Both the position numbers and the translations under genes were made by a program. Positions 17,642 to 27,803 of a stretch of 37,423 nucleotides of DNA are shown here, piece by piece; positions within the stretch are counted from its first letter, which is position 1; each line of letters begins with the position of its first letter. The DNA comes from a virus (lineage: Duplodnaviria > Caudoviricetes), in the IMG/VR virus record IMGVR_UViG_3300006118_000020, positions 1 to 37,423 of that record; one strand, written 5' to 3'. The notes under the pieces were generated by a model. The model saw nothing but the letters and a program-made list of their open reading frames with translations. It was not told the origin of the DNA and did not search any database.

Positions 17642-17782
17642 GCCCAGAAGTCATGCTATATAGGAATTTAACATGCAATGACAACGGTGCATAACTCCTG
17701 GGCAAAAAAATTGTGAGACAGACAATCATAACGGAAATTAACGAATGGCATATCAATTAATAAATTAACTGCTGTCTCACAA
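17642..17782 (-). ncRNA. Tandem hairpin small RNA(s) whose loops are antisense to SD+ATG regions
   Basis: Stems 17711-21/17772-82 (11 bp, perfect) and 17642-56/17689-703 (15 bp with 2 G-U on the minus strand); ATAAATA at 17786-92 directly upstream; U7 linker. Confidence 0.65.
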
Positions 17783-17784
17783 AA

Positions 17785-18012
17785 CTATTTATTCCTTTTC
17801 AAACTTTGATTGTCAATTTTATTTTCAATACGCACTAATTGATTTTGTAGGTCAGCTAGTTTCTTATCCATATTAGTTGTGTTAGCCATATTCACAGCTA
17901 CATTCTTGTCAATATTTTCTACTTTTTGACTCATGTTTAAGTATCCAGTGCCACCTAGTGTAGTTGCACCCACTAGTAACCATGTTAGTTGTTGCGTTGT
18001 AAAGTCTATCAT
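17785..18012 (-). CDS. Holin-like membrane protein (single TM plus coiled coil)
   Basis: LTWLLVGATTLGGTGYL hydrophobic segment followed by heptad repeats; last gene of the tail-fibre operon. Confidence 0.45.
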   Translation of the reverse strand: MIDFTTQQLTWLLVGATTLGGTGYLNMSQKVENIDKNVAVNMANTTNMDKKLADLQNQLVRIENKIDNQSLKRNK

Positions 18013-18013
18013 A

Positions 18014-18703
18014 TTAGGATACCGTCATATATGCAGAAAATAATGTGTTTGATTGTGTTGATATTGTGCGAGAAAGTGTAGTTGAACTTCCACTAAATCC
18101 TGACCCCTCAAAACTATCTGCTACTGCATATATGGTTGCACCTGCAGTCACCTGATGAGAATAGCCTAAGGTTGACGACAAATTTTGTGCAGCAGTACCA
18201 CCTCCACCACCTCCACCATAACCAAATACAACCATTGCATTTGTCATTGTTGGAAAAGTAGGTGATTGATTTGAAGCAGCAGCATTTTGTGCTATTTGGC
18301 TTGTCAATGTTACAAATGAAACCGATGAAGCAGAACTAGACGGTCTATATACAAACACAATAAATGATGATCCAAAAGTACCACTAAATCCAGTTAGTGT
18401 TCTTGATCCACCAGTTGTTGAAATTTGATAACACATTGCTGTTCTTTGTGCATATGTTCCAGTAGGAGTTGCTAAATTTAACACATTAGTAAATCCTGAA
18501 GGTGTAGCTAATGCAGGTGGAGCAGCAGATGAACTAAAATTTGCTCCATTATTAATTAATACAATGATGTCACCAATATTTGCTGAAACTCCAGTAATTG
18601 TATTTGTGGGTGAAGCATTGGTAACTGAATAACTACCAACAAAAGTTAATGATAAACCCGCAGGCGAGTAATAATCAAACCCACCTCTAGCTGCACTAAA
18701 CAT
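18014..18703 (-). CDS. Putative fibre-tip adhesin (partner of 18703-22869)
   Basis: MFSAARGGF short N-terminal arm, beta-rich body, TAATG coupling to the fibre gene. Confidence 0.55.
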   Translation of the reverse strand: MFSAARGGFDYYSPAGLSLTFVGSYSVTNASPTNTITGVSANIGDIIVLINNGANFSSSAAPPALATPSGFTNVLNLATPTGTYAQRTAMCYQISTTGGSRTLTGFSGTFGSSFIVFVYRPSSSASSVSFVTLTSQIAQNAAASNQSPTFPTMTNAMVVFGYGGGGGGGTAAQNLSSTLGYSHQVTAGATIYAVADSFEGSGFSGSSTTLSRTISTQSNTLFSAYMTVS

Positions 18704-21700
18704 TATGCATATCCTTTACTTAATACAGCATAGTATGTTGATCCATCATAGAACACTGACATAATATCAATTGCACTTGCAGCAGTACTTAATGTTTTAC
18801 TACCACCAGCAAATTTCATTGTGCTTGTTAATGTATGACCACCTGTACCATCTTGTGTTAAAATAATAACCATGCTTGTACCAGCAACACTATTAGTTAA
18901 ACTACTCAATGTAATGTTACCAGTTAATGTATAATTATAGATTGTACCTGCTGCTGCGTTTGGAGTTAATGAACCTGATACACTACCACCACTAATTACT
19001 GTTTCATTATATTTGGTAAACAATACATTGGCAATGTTTCCTAATCCAGTACTAATAATATTACCACCTGTGACATTACCAGTAGCAGTTAAATTACCAG
19101 CACTATCTAAACCAGTGATGCTGATGTTTCCGCCACTGATGTTACCTGTAACACTTAAACTTGTAAGAGTACCTAAGCTAGTAATGTTTGGCTGTGCATT
19201 TGTAGTTACAGTTCCAGCTGTAGTTGCAGTTGTTGCAGAACTTACTGTTCCAGTTACATTGGCACCAGTAATACTTGTCAATAAACTACCATTACCACTA
19301 AAATAGTTACCTGTAACTAAGTTTCCTAATGTAGCATTACCACTTGTAATATTACCTGTAGCACTTAAATTTCCAGCACTATCTAATCCAGTTACACTAA
19401 TGTTTCCTGAACTGATGTTACCAGTTACACTTAAACTAGTTAATGTACCTAAACTTGTAATGTTAGGTTGTGCATTTGTAGTTACTGTTCCAGCAGTAGT
19501 TGCAGTTGTAGCAGTTGTAGCAGAACCTGCGCTAACAGCATATGTTGCATTTGCTACAGTTCCAGTCACATTAGCGCCAGTTAATCCAGATAATAAGTAT
19601 CCGTTACCTGAATGATAGTTAGCTGTAACAAGATTACCTAATGTTGCATTGCCTGTAGTAATATTGCCAGTTACACTTAAACTAGTTAATGTACCTAAAC
19701 TTGTAATGTTAGGTTGACTATTGCCAGTGACAGTAACTGCTGTTGTTGCAGTAGTAGCTGTTATGCCTGTTAATAATGAACCATTGCCTGTATAATAGTT
19801 TGCAGACACATTACCAGTGACACTTAAACTAGTTAATGTGCCTAGGCTAGTAATGTTTGGTTGAGCATTAGTAGTTACAGTACTTGCAGTACCGCTAGTA
19901 GTTGCATATGTTGCGCTTACATTAGTTAAGTTTCCGCCCTCACCAAAAAAGTGAGTAGCATACATGTTATTACCTACACTTAAAGTACCGCCGTTCAATT
20001 TGTTAAAAGTTAAGTTAGCACTACCGTTACTTGTTCCAGCATCATTGAACATAACTTGTGTATTTGAACCTGCAGGACTTGTTATAATTCCAGTCAATTG
20101 ACTACCGTTACCAAAGAAATAACTCGCTGTTAAATTTCCAGCATCAGTCAATGTCAATACAGATGTTCCAGCATTATTGCCAATTACTAAAGTGCCTGTT
20201 GTGTTTACAATACCAATAGATTTTTGTGGAGTTGCACCACCGTAGCCATTATATAATGTTACAAATGTAGTAATACTTGCTGAACTATTTGCTGAACTTA
20301 ATGACAATCCATTACCACTTAAGTTACCATATGGTGCAACTACATTTCCACCGGATATTGTTCCTGTTACAGTTAAACTAGTTAATGTACCTGTACTTGT
20401 AATATTTGGTTGTGCTGCGGTTGTTAATGTTCCTGTAACATATGTTCCACTTACATTACCTGTAGATACATTACCACTTACTGTCAAACTAGTTAATGTA
20501 CCTAAACTTGTAATATTAGGTTGACTATTACCAGTAACAGTAACTGCATTAGAAATATTTGTTAATTGACTACCATTACCAATATGATATACAGCAGTGA
20601 TGTTTCCATTAACAGTTATGTTTCCGCCGCTTCCTACAGATCCTACGCTTAAATCACCATATGTTGCTACACTTCCTGAAGTTGGGTTACCAGTATAAAT
20701 TACACCAGTTCCACTCGTATCTTCAATTCTTGCAGTTCTAACTCTACCAGCAGTACCTTGTACATTTATTAAACTGTTTGCAGCTATCGTCAATGAACTT
20801 AATGTTCCTAAGCTAGTAATATTTGGTTGACTATTGCCTGTGACTGTTACTGCTGTGTTTGCGCTAGAAACAGTAATACCTGTTAATAATGATCCATTAC
20901 CAGTAAAATAGTTAGCTGTAACTAAGTTACCTAAGTTTGCGTTACCTGAACTGATATTACCAGTTATAGTTAAACTTGAAAGAGTTCCAAGACTTGTAAT
21001 GTTTGGTTGAGCATTGGTTGTTACTGTACCCGCAGTAGTAGCACTAGTTGCGGTCGTTGCACTACCAGCACTTGTTGCATATGTTGCGTTAGCTACTGTG
21101 CCAGTTACATTAGCTCCAGTTAATCCAGATAACAAGTATCCATTACCACTATGATAGTTTGCAGTAACTAAATTACCCAATGTTGCATTACCACTAGTAA
21201 TATTGCCAGTGACACTTAATGTTGTTAATGTGCCTGTGCTAGTAATATTAGGTTGAGCATTAGTAATTACAGTACCTGCAAAGTTTGCATAGTTTGCGTT
21301 AGCTACGGTACCTGTTATATTAGCGCCAGTTAAACCAGATAACAAGTATCCGTTACCTGAATGATAATTAGCACTGACTAAGTTACCACCACTGATGTTA
21401 CCACTAGTAATATTGCCAGTGACACTTAATGTTGTTAATGTGCCTGTGCTAGTAATATTAGGTTGAGCATTAGTAATTACAGTACCTGCAAAGTTTGCAT
21501 AGTTAGCATTTGCAACATTACTTACTGTTGGAATAGCAGCAAAAACACCATTACCATACAATACATTAGTTGTACTACCGGTTAAGTTGATTGTTGCAAT
21601 GTTACCAATCCCAGATACATTAGCTACTGCTACACTATTTGCACTATCACTTACAGTTGCATGTGTTGCATTACCAACAACACCAGTTACATTAGCACCT

Positions 21701-22869
21701 GTAATACTAGTTAGTAATGAACCATTACCACTATGATAGTTTGCTGTTAACAAATTACCAGCGTTAATATTTCCTGATGTGATGTTTCCAGTTACACTCA
21801 AACTAGTTAATAAACCTAAACTTGTAATATTTGGTTGAGCATTTGTAAGTACAGTACCAGCAAAGTTACTATAATTTGCATTGGCTATACTTGTAGGCAA
21901 TGTGGCAAAAACTCCGTTACCATATAATACATTAGTTGTGCTTCCAGTCAAATTAACTGTTGCAATATTACCAATTCCAACAACATTAGCAACACTTACA
22001 CTGTTTGCTGAATCTGATACAGTCGCATGTGTTGCATTACCAACAACACCTGTTACATTACTACCACTAACACTAAACGCATTGCCTGCGTAATTACTAT
22101 AGTTTGCGTTAGCAACATTACTTACTGTTGGAATATTAGCCCATACTCCGTTGCCATATAAAACATGATTTAGGTTACCATCATAATTTGTTGTAGCAAT
22201 ATTGCCAATTCCAACAACATTAGCAACACTAACACTATTAGCACTATCACTGACATTTGCGTGATTTGAACCACTAACATCACCTACAACATTGCTGCCT
22301 GTAACACTGAAAGCATTACCTGCGTAGTTACTATAGTTTGCATTTGCTACATTACTTACTACTGGAATATTAGCCCACACGCCATTACCATATAAAACAT
22401 GATTTAGGTTTCCATCATAGTTTGTGGTAGCAATGTTGCCTATACCTGATACATTAGCAACAGTGACACTATTAGCACTATCACTAACTGTTGCGTGAGT
22501 TGCATTAGCTACAGTCCCTGTTACATTTGATCCACTAACATTATAAGCAGTACCAGCAAAGTTTGCATAATTAGCATTAGCAACATTACCACTACTGCTT
22601 GTGCCCCAAGTACCATTACCTAATAATACTTGGCTACCATTACCACTTAAGTTAACTGTTGCAATGTTACCGATACCAGACACATTCGCAACAGATACAT
22701 GATTAGCTGTGTTTGCAATTAATGCATTACCTGCATAGTTGGCATAGTTTGCATTAGCAACATTACTGATGTTGCTAACATATTGTTCTTTGATTTGAAC
22801 TGGATTTCCATCACTATCAACTGTGACGATTTGATAGAAATTGCTATTGATTTGACCTCTTGTTGTCAT
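18703..22869 (-). CDS. Long repetitive tail fibre (1388 aa)
   Basis: Repeats TVTTNAQPNITSLGTLTSLSVTGNI, GNGSLLT, ANANYANFAG, VANVSGIGNIAT; C-terminal ...LTQDGTGGHTL...IDIMSVFYDG domain. Confidence 0.85.
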   Translation of the reverse strand: MTTRGQINSNFYQIVTVDSDGNPVQIKEQYVSNISNVANANYANYAGNALIANTANHVSVANVSGIGNIATVNLSGNGSQVLLGNGTWGTSSSGNVANANYANFAGTAYNVSGSNVTGTVANATHATVSDSANSVTVANVSGIGNIATTNYDGNLNHVLYGNGVWANIPVVSNVANANYSNYAGNAFSVTGSNVVGDVSGSNHANVSDSANSVSVANVVGIGNIATTNYDGNLNHVLYGNGVWANIPTVSNVANANYSNYAGNAFSVSGSNVTGVVGNATHATVSDSANSVSVANVVGIGNIATVNLTGSTTNVLYGNGVFATLPTSIANANYSNFAGTVLTNAQPNITSLGLLTSLSVTGNITSGNINAGNLLTANYHSGNGSLLTSITGANVTGVVGNATHATVSDSANSVAVANVSGIGNIATINLTGSTTNVLYGNGVFAAIPTVSNVANANYANFAGTVITNAQPNITSTGTLTTLSVTGNITSGNISGGNLVSANYHSGNGYLLSGLTGANITGTVANANYANFAGTVITNAQPNITSTGTLTTLSVTGNITSGNATLGNLVTANYHSGNGYLLSGLTGANVTGTVANATYATSAGSATTATSATTAGTVTTNAQPNITSLGTLSSLTITGNISSGNANLGNLVTANYFTGNGSLLTGITVSSANTAVTVTGNSQPNITSLGTLSSLTIAANSLINVQGTAGRVRTARIEDTSGTGVIYTGNPTSGSVATYGDLSVGSVGSGGNITVNGNITAVYHIGNGSQLTNISNAVTVTGNSQPNITSLGTLTSLTVSGNVSTGNVSGTYVTGTLTTAAQPNITSTGTLTSLTVTGTISGGNVVAPYGNLSGNGLSLSSANSSASITTFVTLYNGYGGATPQKSIGIVNTTGTLVIGNNAGTSVLTLTDAGNLTASYFFGNGSQLTGIITSPAGSNTQVMFNDAGTSNGSANLTFNKLNGGTLSVGNNMYATHFFGEGGNLTNVSATYATTSGTASTVTTNAQPNITSLGTLTSLSVTGNVSANYYTGNGSLLTGITATTATTAVTVTGNSQPNITSLGTLTSLSVTGNITTGNATLGNLVTANYHSGNGYLLSGLTGANVTGTVANATYAVSAGSATTATTATTAGTVTTNAQPNITSLGTLTSLSVTGNISSGNISVTGLDSAGNLSATGNITSGNATLGNLVTGNYFSGNGSLLTSITGANVTGTVSSATTATTAGTVTTNAQPNITSLGTLTSLSVTGNISGGNISITGLDSAGNLTATGNVTGGNIISTGLGNIANVLFTKYNETVISGGSVSGSLTPNAAAGTIYNYTLTGNITLSSLTNSVAGTSMVIILTQDGTGGHTLTSTMKFAGGSKTLSTAASAIDIMSVFYDGSTYYAVLSKGYA
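21188..21504. repeat. 107-bp exact repeat (21188-21294 and 21398-21504) within a 210-nt tandem unit
   Basis: Direct comparison; offset 210 keeps the frame. Confidence 0.9.
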
Positions 22870-22877
22870 TTTGATCC

Positions 22878-24293
22878 TTATGGAATTATAGTAGTTGTAA
22901 AGTATGAACTAGACAATGCAACAGTAGTCATACTGGAATTTGAACTACCTAATGTGATATTTGATGTAGTATCGTTTAGTATATTTACCGAAGTAAAATA
23001 ACTAGTGTTGTTAGTGACAGAGCATGATGCATCGCTTATAATTAAATTTCCATATGTTCCAACTACAGTACCGTTATCTTTAATTTTAATTAAATAGTCT
23101 TTATCTATTGTAGGATCTCCAGTGCTCTCAAATCTATATGTTGCATAAACATATCCATTTTTCCAATATAATCCTGAGCTAACTGCCGCAACTACACTAG
23201 AAACTGTAATTTGCTTTTGCCAAACAATATTTCCATTATCTGCTCTTATTTTTGCCAAGTAACAATAACCGCTTGACTGATTCAAACATCCTGTTATAAA
23301 AATAAAATTATTAGTATTTTCTAAACAAAGTTCAGTTATTAGCAAAGGCGTACTATTAGAATAGTAATTATTAAACACAACTGCACCATTAGAAATATTT
23401 AATTTAGTTACATAACTATATTCATACGGAGAGGGAACTTCATTTAATGCACATATTGTATAATAATATGTTCCATCACTTATAGTAGTACTACTATCAG
23501 AAACTGCTGCTGCTCCCGGAGAGGTATAATTTGTATATAAACAAATTACAGGATTTGAGTTCCCAGTATTAGTTAAATTATATGTTCCTATTAAATATAC
23601 TGAATTTCCTCCAGCATCATTTGTAAAACCAGTTGCAACACATTTATTGTTTATTGGATCTAAACTAAATCCAAATGTTTGAACATATGCCAATCCTGTA
23701 TAATTTATAGAGTTTGCAATATTTGTCCATATATCTCTTTGGTTTATTGTTGCACCAGTAGAAATATTTGATTTTACGATTGCTGCGTGGTGATTATAGT
23801 CTGCTGAACTTGTAATCATGGTCATTAATGTATTATCGGTGCTATCAAAAATAGTTTCAAGCCCTGTAAGTACAACATTAAGATTGGCGTTACCTGTATA
23901 CTGCGGAAATTTATGCTGCCATGATATATTACCTGTACTATTATCAAATTTTACAATTTCTGCACTTGAAACATTTCCTACAAAGTTTTCACCTGCTGCA
24001 AAAATATTTTCAGATGAATCAATTAAAAAAGAATTATAAGGATCAGTTGGACCAGTTAAGTTTCCGTTCGTAACTTCTTTGGCAAAAATATAATTTCCAT
24101 TACTATTAAATTTTCCAATATTTAATCCAGTGCTGCTACCATATACTTGACTAAAATATACATTACCACTATCTGATACAACCATTTGTCCAAACGCACC
24201 ACTTACTACATATTGATTTCCAACCAATGTTGTAGTAGTAAATGGACTAAATCCATTTTTACTGAATGATGAAAAACTTCCATTAATAGGCAT
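22878..24293 (-). CDS. Putative beta-propeller adhesin (partner of 24293-26227)
   Basis: MPINGSFSSFSKNGF arm; blade repeats (KFNSNGNYIFAK, KFDNSTGNISWQH, KIRADNGNIVWQK). Confidence 0.65.
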   Translation of the reverse strand: MPINGSFSSFSKNGFSPFTTTTLVGNQYVVSGAFGQMVVSDSGNVYFSQVYGSSTGLNIGKFNSNGNYIFAKEVTNGNLTGPTDPYNSFLIDSSENIFAAGENFVGNVSSAEIVKFDNSTGNISWQHKFPQYTGNANLNVVLTGLETIFDSTDNTLMTMITSSADYNHHAAIVKSNISTGATINQRDIWTNIANSINYTGLAYVQTFGFSLDPINNKCVATGFTNDAGGNSVYLIGTYNLTNTGNSNPVICLYTNYTSPGAAAVSDSSTTISDGTYYYTICALNEVPSPYEYSYVTKLNISNGAVVFNNYYSNSTPLLITELCLENTNNFIFITGCLNQSSGYCYLAKIRADNGNIVWQKQITVSSVVAAVSSGLYWKNGYVYATYRFESTGDPTIDKDYLIKIKDNGTVVGTYGNLIISDASCSVTNNTSYFTSVNILNDTTSNITLGSSNSSMTTVALSSSYFTTTIIP

Positions 24294-26227
24294 TATTGAA
24301 ACTCCACTAAACTTCCTAATACATTATAAGTGTTGGTTGCAGTTTTCATAATAGTAAATGTATATGATTGTTGAGCAGATGAAAGTCTTGATCCAATTGT
24401 AGGACTTGACCCATTTACCCATTTTGGTGAAACATTTGAACCATCAATTTGTAGTTGATTAACAATATAAGGTGTTAATCCTACTGTGTTTATATAAACA
24501 ACTGTTACGCTATTGTTAACTGGTAGAATACTATTAAGTGTGTTACCACTTGATCCAGTTATGTTTAATGTGCAGTTTGCTGTTGCGTTACCAGTTTTGT
24601 ACAAGATAGATTGTGTTTGTACATAAAAAGTAACTGTACCAGTTGAACCTGTGCTATTAGGTGTAAACAACTCAAAGCCCAATTGCATATCAATATTACC
24701 AGTAACATTCAAATTACTCAATGTTCCTAAACTTGTAATGTTAGGTTGATTGTTGCCTGTTACAGTAATAGCAGTATTAGCAGAAGTGGAACTGCCAGCA
24801 AAGTTAGCATAGTTTGCATAATTTGCACTATTACTTGTTAACGAACTATTGCTTGTGGTACTAGAGCCTGCAAAATTTGCATAATTAGCATAGTTAGCAC
24901 TATTACTTGTTAATGAACTATTGCTTGTAGTAGCACTGCCGGCAAAGTTAGCATAGTTAGCTGTACTTGCATATGCTGCAACATTAGCTACATTAGCTGT
25001 ATTAGCTGTGTTAGCAATATTAGAATAGTTTGAGTTGTTTGCCAAATATGCAGTATTTGCTATGTTGGCATAGTTTGCACTATTTGCGTAGTTAGAACTA
25101 TTAGCAAAGTTAGCACTGTTAGCAACTATTGAACTGTTTGCAATGTTTGCATAATTTGCACTATTACTATTTGTTGCAAAAAGAATGTTGCTTGTCCAAC
25201 TTAAGTTACCACTACCATTTGTACTTAATACTTGACCATTAGTGCCACCAGTAATAATAACATTACCAACATCTGCAATAACGCTGGTAGCAATACCACT
25301 ACCATTAGCTGCATGCCATGATAAATTACCAGTACCATCTGTCTGCAAATATTGACCACTAGTTCCGCCACCAATATGAATATTAGCAACAGTGCCCAAA
25401 TTTAATATACCATTTGCAGTAATGTTAGTTACAACAATATTGCTTGATGTAATATTACCTGTGTTAACATTGTTTGATATGATTGTGTTAGCTACACCTG
25501 TAGGAAACTTAACATTGCCGGTAGTTGGATTGAATGTAAATTGATCTGTTCCAGTGAGCAGACCTCCACCATTAAACTGAACATCATAATAATTACCACC
25601 AGCCTGACCAGCAGCACCACCGCCCGCGCTAGGTAGTATATCAATTGTATCTCCTGTACTTAATGGTATTTTGATTGTAACAACATTGCCACTCAAGCTA
25701 TATTGAGTTGGTTCAATGTTAATACCGTTTTTGAACACGCTCATTTGCAACACATTGCTGTATGAACTAATGTTGCTATCTGTAAATGTTTGATTGTTAG
25801 CTGTAGCAACTACATCAAAATGAATATACAAAACACCACTATTTGTAATTGCTGCTTGTTCAATCCAACTTAAATTACCATTTCCATCAGTGCTCAATAC
25901 TAAGTTATAAGTACCACCACCAATATGAACATTACCAACATTACCTAAATTACTTTGACCACCAACAGTTAAGTTACCACTCATGTTGATGTTTTCAACT
26001 TGATTACCTGCGCTATCAAATCCTGTGTTTAAGAATTCTTCAACATTTAAGTTACTATAGCTGCGAGTAGGTTCAATCTCTGCTTGCGTTGTATACAATG
26101 TGGTAAAGTTACGGTCAGAAACATTACCTGTGACAACACGGCTGGGATTACTATTGTATAATGTTGTGACATTATTACTGGAAACTGTTACATTTCCAGT
26201 TGATCCATATAAACCTGAATTACTCAT
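24293..26227 (-). CDS. Tail fibre (644 aa)
   Basis: Three GQ(V/Y)LxT(D/N)GxGNLSW-type repeats, ANYAN repeats, QPNITSLGTL and a conserved fibre C-terminal domain. Confidence 0.8.
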   Translation of the reverse strand: MSNSGLYGSTGNVTVSSNNVTTLYNSNPSRVVTGNVSDRNFTTLYTTQAEIEPTRSYSNLNVEEFLNTGFDSAGNQVENINMSGNLTVGGQSNLGNVGNVHIGGGTYNLVLSTDGNGNLSWIEQAAITNSGVLYIHFDVVATANNQTFTDSNISSYSNVLQMSVFKNGINIEPTQYSLSGNVVTIKIPLSTGDTIDILPSAGGGAAGQAGGNYYDVQFNGGGLLTGTDQFTFNPTTGNVKFPTGVANTIISNNVNTGNITSSNIVVTNITANGILNLGTVANIHIGGGTSGQYLQTDGTGNLSWHAANGSGIATSVIADVGNVIITGGTNGQVLSTNGSGNLSWTSNILFATNSNSANYANIANSSIVANSANFANSSNYANSANYANIANTAYLANNSNYSNIANTANTANVANVAAYASTANYANFAGSATTSNSSLTSNSANYANYANFAGSSTTSNSSLTSNSANYANYANFAGSSTSANTAITVTGNNQPNITSLGTLSNLNVTGNIDMQLGFELFTPNSTGSTGTVTFYVQTQSILYKTGNATANCTLNITGSSGNTLNSILPVNNSVTVVYINTVGLTPYIVNQLQIDGSNVSPKWVNGSSPTIGSRLSSAQQSYTFTIMKTATNTYNVLGSLVEFQ

Positions 26228-26236
26228 CAGATATCC

Positions 26237-27427
26237 TTACTTAATGTTATATTGACGATATTGTCTTGGTTGCCAAATACTACTCAATCTTGTATTGCCA
26301 CCACTCCATTTACCTTTGTTGTTTTGGTCTTCAATAGTTTGCCATGCTTCATCAAACTTAGCTTGATAAATTGCTGCATCTTGTGAGTTATGACGCTTGA
26401 TATAATATTCACGCAATGTTGCATAAACATAACCTTCAGGCCATGTTGAAAGAACTGCGTTGTTTTGTACAGTAATATCTATTTGTGTAATGTTTGTAAC
26501 TGTACCTGGTGTTGGACTAGAACCTGCAACTGTAACAGTAAGTTGTGTAGAACTGTCAATACTTACAACTGTAACAGTACCACTACCTAAACTACCTGTA
26601 CCATTTGTTGCAGTTAATGTTGCACCAACACTATAGTTAGTTGTATCACTTACAGTTAATTGCACAGTCCATGGACTAAATCCTGTAGGTGTTCCAACTG
26701 TACCTGTTGTGCTTAATATTTGATTGTCTGCAGGACTAAACAATAACGGCCATGCTTTGTAGTAATACAAGTTAATCAAGTCGCCTTCAGCTACATATGG
26801 TAAAAACTCATACCATTGTGCAACTTCACTAAACTTACCGCGAATAACTGCTGGCACATTGACTGGTTGCAAATACAATTGTGCAATCATACCTTGTGTA
26901 ATAATGTCACGATCACCAATACGATCATAAACAATCCAAGGTCCTGTTTGACTACTATTACTTCCACCTGTGTTGAATACAACATCTTCATTTGTAAATG
27001 TTCCAGTTAATGGAATGCTCAACATAACTTGGTTAGCTTGTGGGAAACTAACAATTGTTGAACCAGGAACAATATTGTTTCCTGTAACATACATACCAAC
27101 GCCCAAACTTTGATTTGGATTAGTAACTAGATTTAAGATATTTGAACCACTTGTACCACTACATGTACATTGAGTTACATACTGACTTCCTTGTTTGAAG
27201 AACAGTATGGGCTTGTTCATGTCGCCCGGGATAGGAATGCGTCCGTTACGATCAACCACGCCAATATTCTCTGGGGCATAAGGATCACTGCGTAGGGCTG
27301 GCAACTCAATGTTACGCATAGACATCTCAGCCATAAACACACACTTTTTAATCTCATTAACATTACTGCTCCCAGTGAAATCTTGGATGAATGTTACTAA
27401 ATCATCCGCTGTTGGTATTACAAACAT
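26237..27427 (-). CDS. Head-tail adaptor (P22 gp4 or T7 gp11-like) with inserted beta domains
   Basis: Adaptor-like termini (FVFMAEMSMRN..LR; N..L..WPEGYVYATL...Y...FDEA); position after the capsid gene. Confidence 0.65.
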   Translation of the reverse strand: MFVIPTADDLVTFIQDFTGSSNVNEIKKCVFMAEMSMRNIELPALRSDPYAPENIGVVDRNGRIPIPGDMNKPILFFKQGSQYVTQCTCSGTSGSNILNLVTNPNQSLGVGMYVTGNNIVPGSTIVSFPQANQVMLSIPLTGTFTNEDVVFNTGGSNSSQTGPWIVYDRIGDRDIITQGMIAQLYLQPVNVPAVIRGKFSEVAQWYEFLPYVAEGDLINLYYYKAWPLLFSPADNQILSTTGTVGTPTGFSPWTVQLTVSDTTNYSVGATLTATNGTGSLGSGTVTVVSIDSSTQLTVTVAGSSPTPGTVTNITQIDITVQNNAVLSTWPEGYVYATLREYYIKRHNSQDAAIYQAKFDEAWQTIEDQNNKGKWSGGNTRLSSIWQPRQYRQYNIK

Positions 27428-27801
27428 TTTTCAGTTTCCTTTAATTTGTTGCGAATTTTTAATGTTTCGCTTATTTTCTTCTTAGTATTTAAGTCTCTAG
27501 ACTTGCCTTGTTTCTGTTCACTTAATATAGAACGAGTTTCCATTGAAACAATTTTTCCAACATTTCCGTCACTAACATTTTTACTTGCAGTGTTTTTTGA
27601 AACATTGTCAGGATGATAGGGTCCAACATCATTTAGACGAGACATAACCAAATTGTCTTTTTCTCGTCCTCGTCTATTAATATCATCTCCCCACCAATCA
27701 ATCCATGATTCGTAAGAAAATTGCCATTCAATTCCCCTACGCCTAGCATTCCCTTTTTGCGTTCTATATTCTGCGCTATATGGTTTCAACGGTCTTCCCA
27801 T
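27418..27801 (-). CDS. Free-standing HNH-like homing endonuclease with NUMOD3-like tail
   Basis: NARRRGIEWQFSYESWIDWW...MSRLNDVGPYHPDNV...SKN, then ETRSILSEQKQGK/TKKKISETLK; likely start MGRPLK at 27801. Confidence 0.75.
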   Translation of the reverse strand: MGRPLKPYSAEYRTQKGNARRRGIEWQFSYESWIDWWGDDINRRGREKDNLVMSRLNDVGPYHPDNVSKNTASKNVSDGNVGKIVSMETRSILSEQKQGKSRDLNTKKKISETLKIRNKLKETEKCL

Positions 27802-27803
27802 AA

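Noticed and set aside
17642-17782. CRISPR mini-array
   Set aside because: The two stems differ in sequence, so there are no direct repeats, and no cas gene is present; kept as a hairpin sRNA instead
18014-26227. Diversity-generating retroelement acting on the fibres
   Set aside because: No reverse transcriptase, and no TR/VR pair with adenine-specific mismatches was seen
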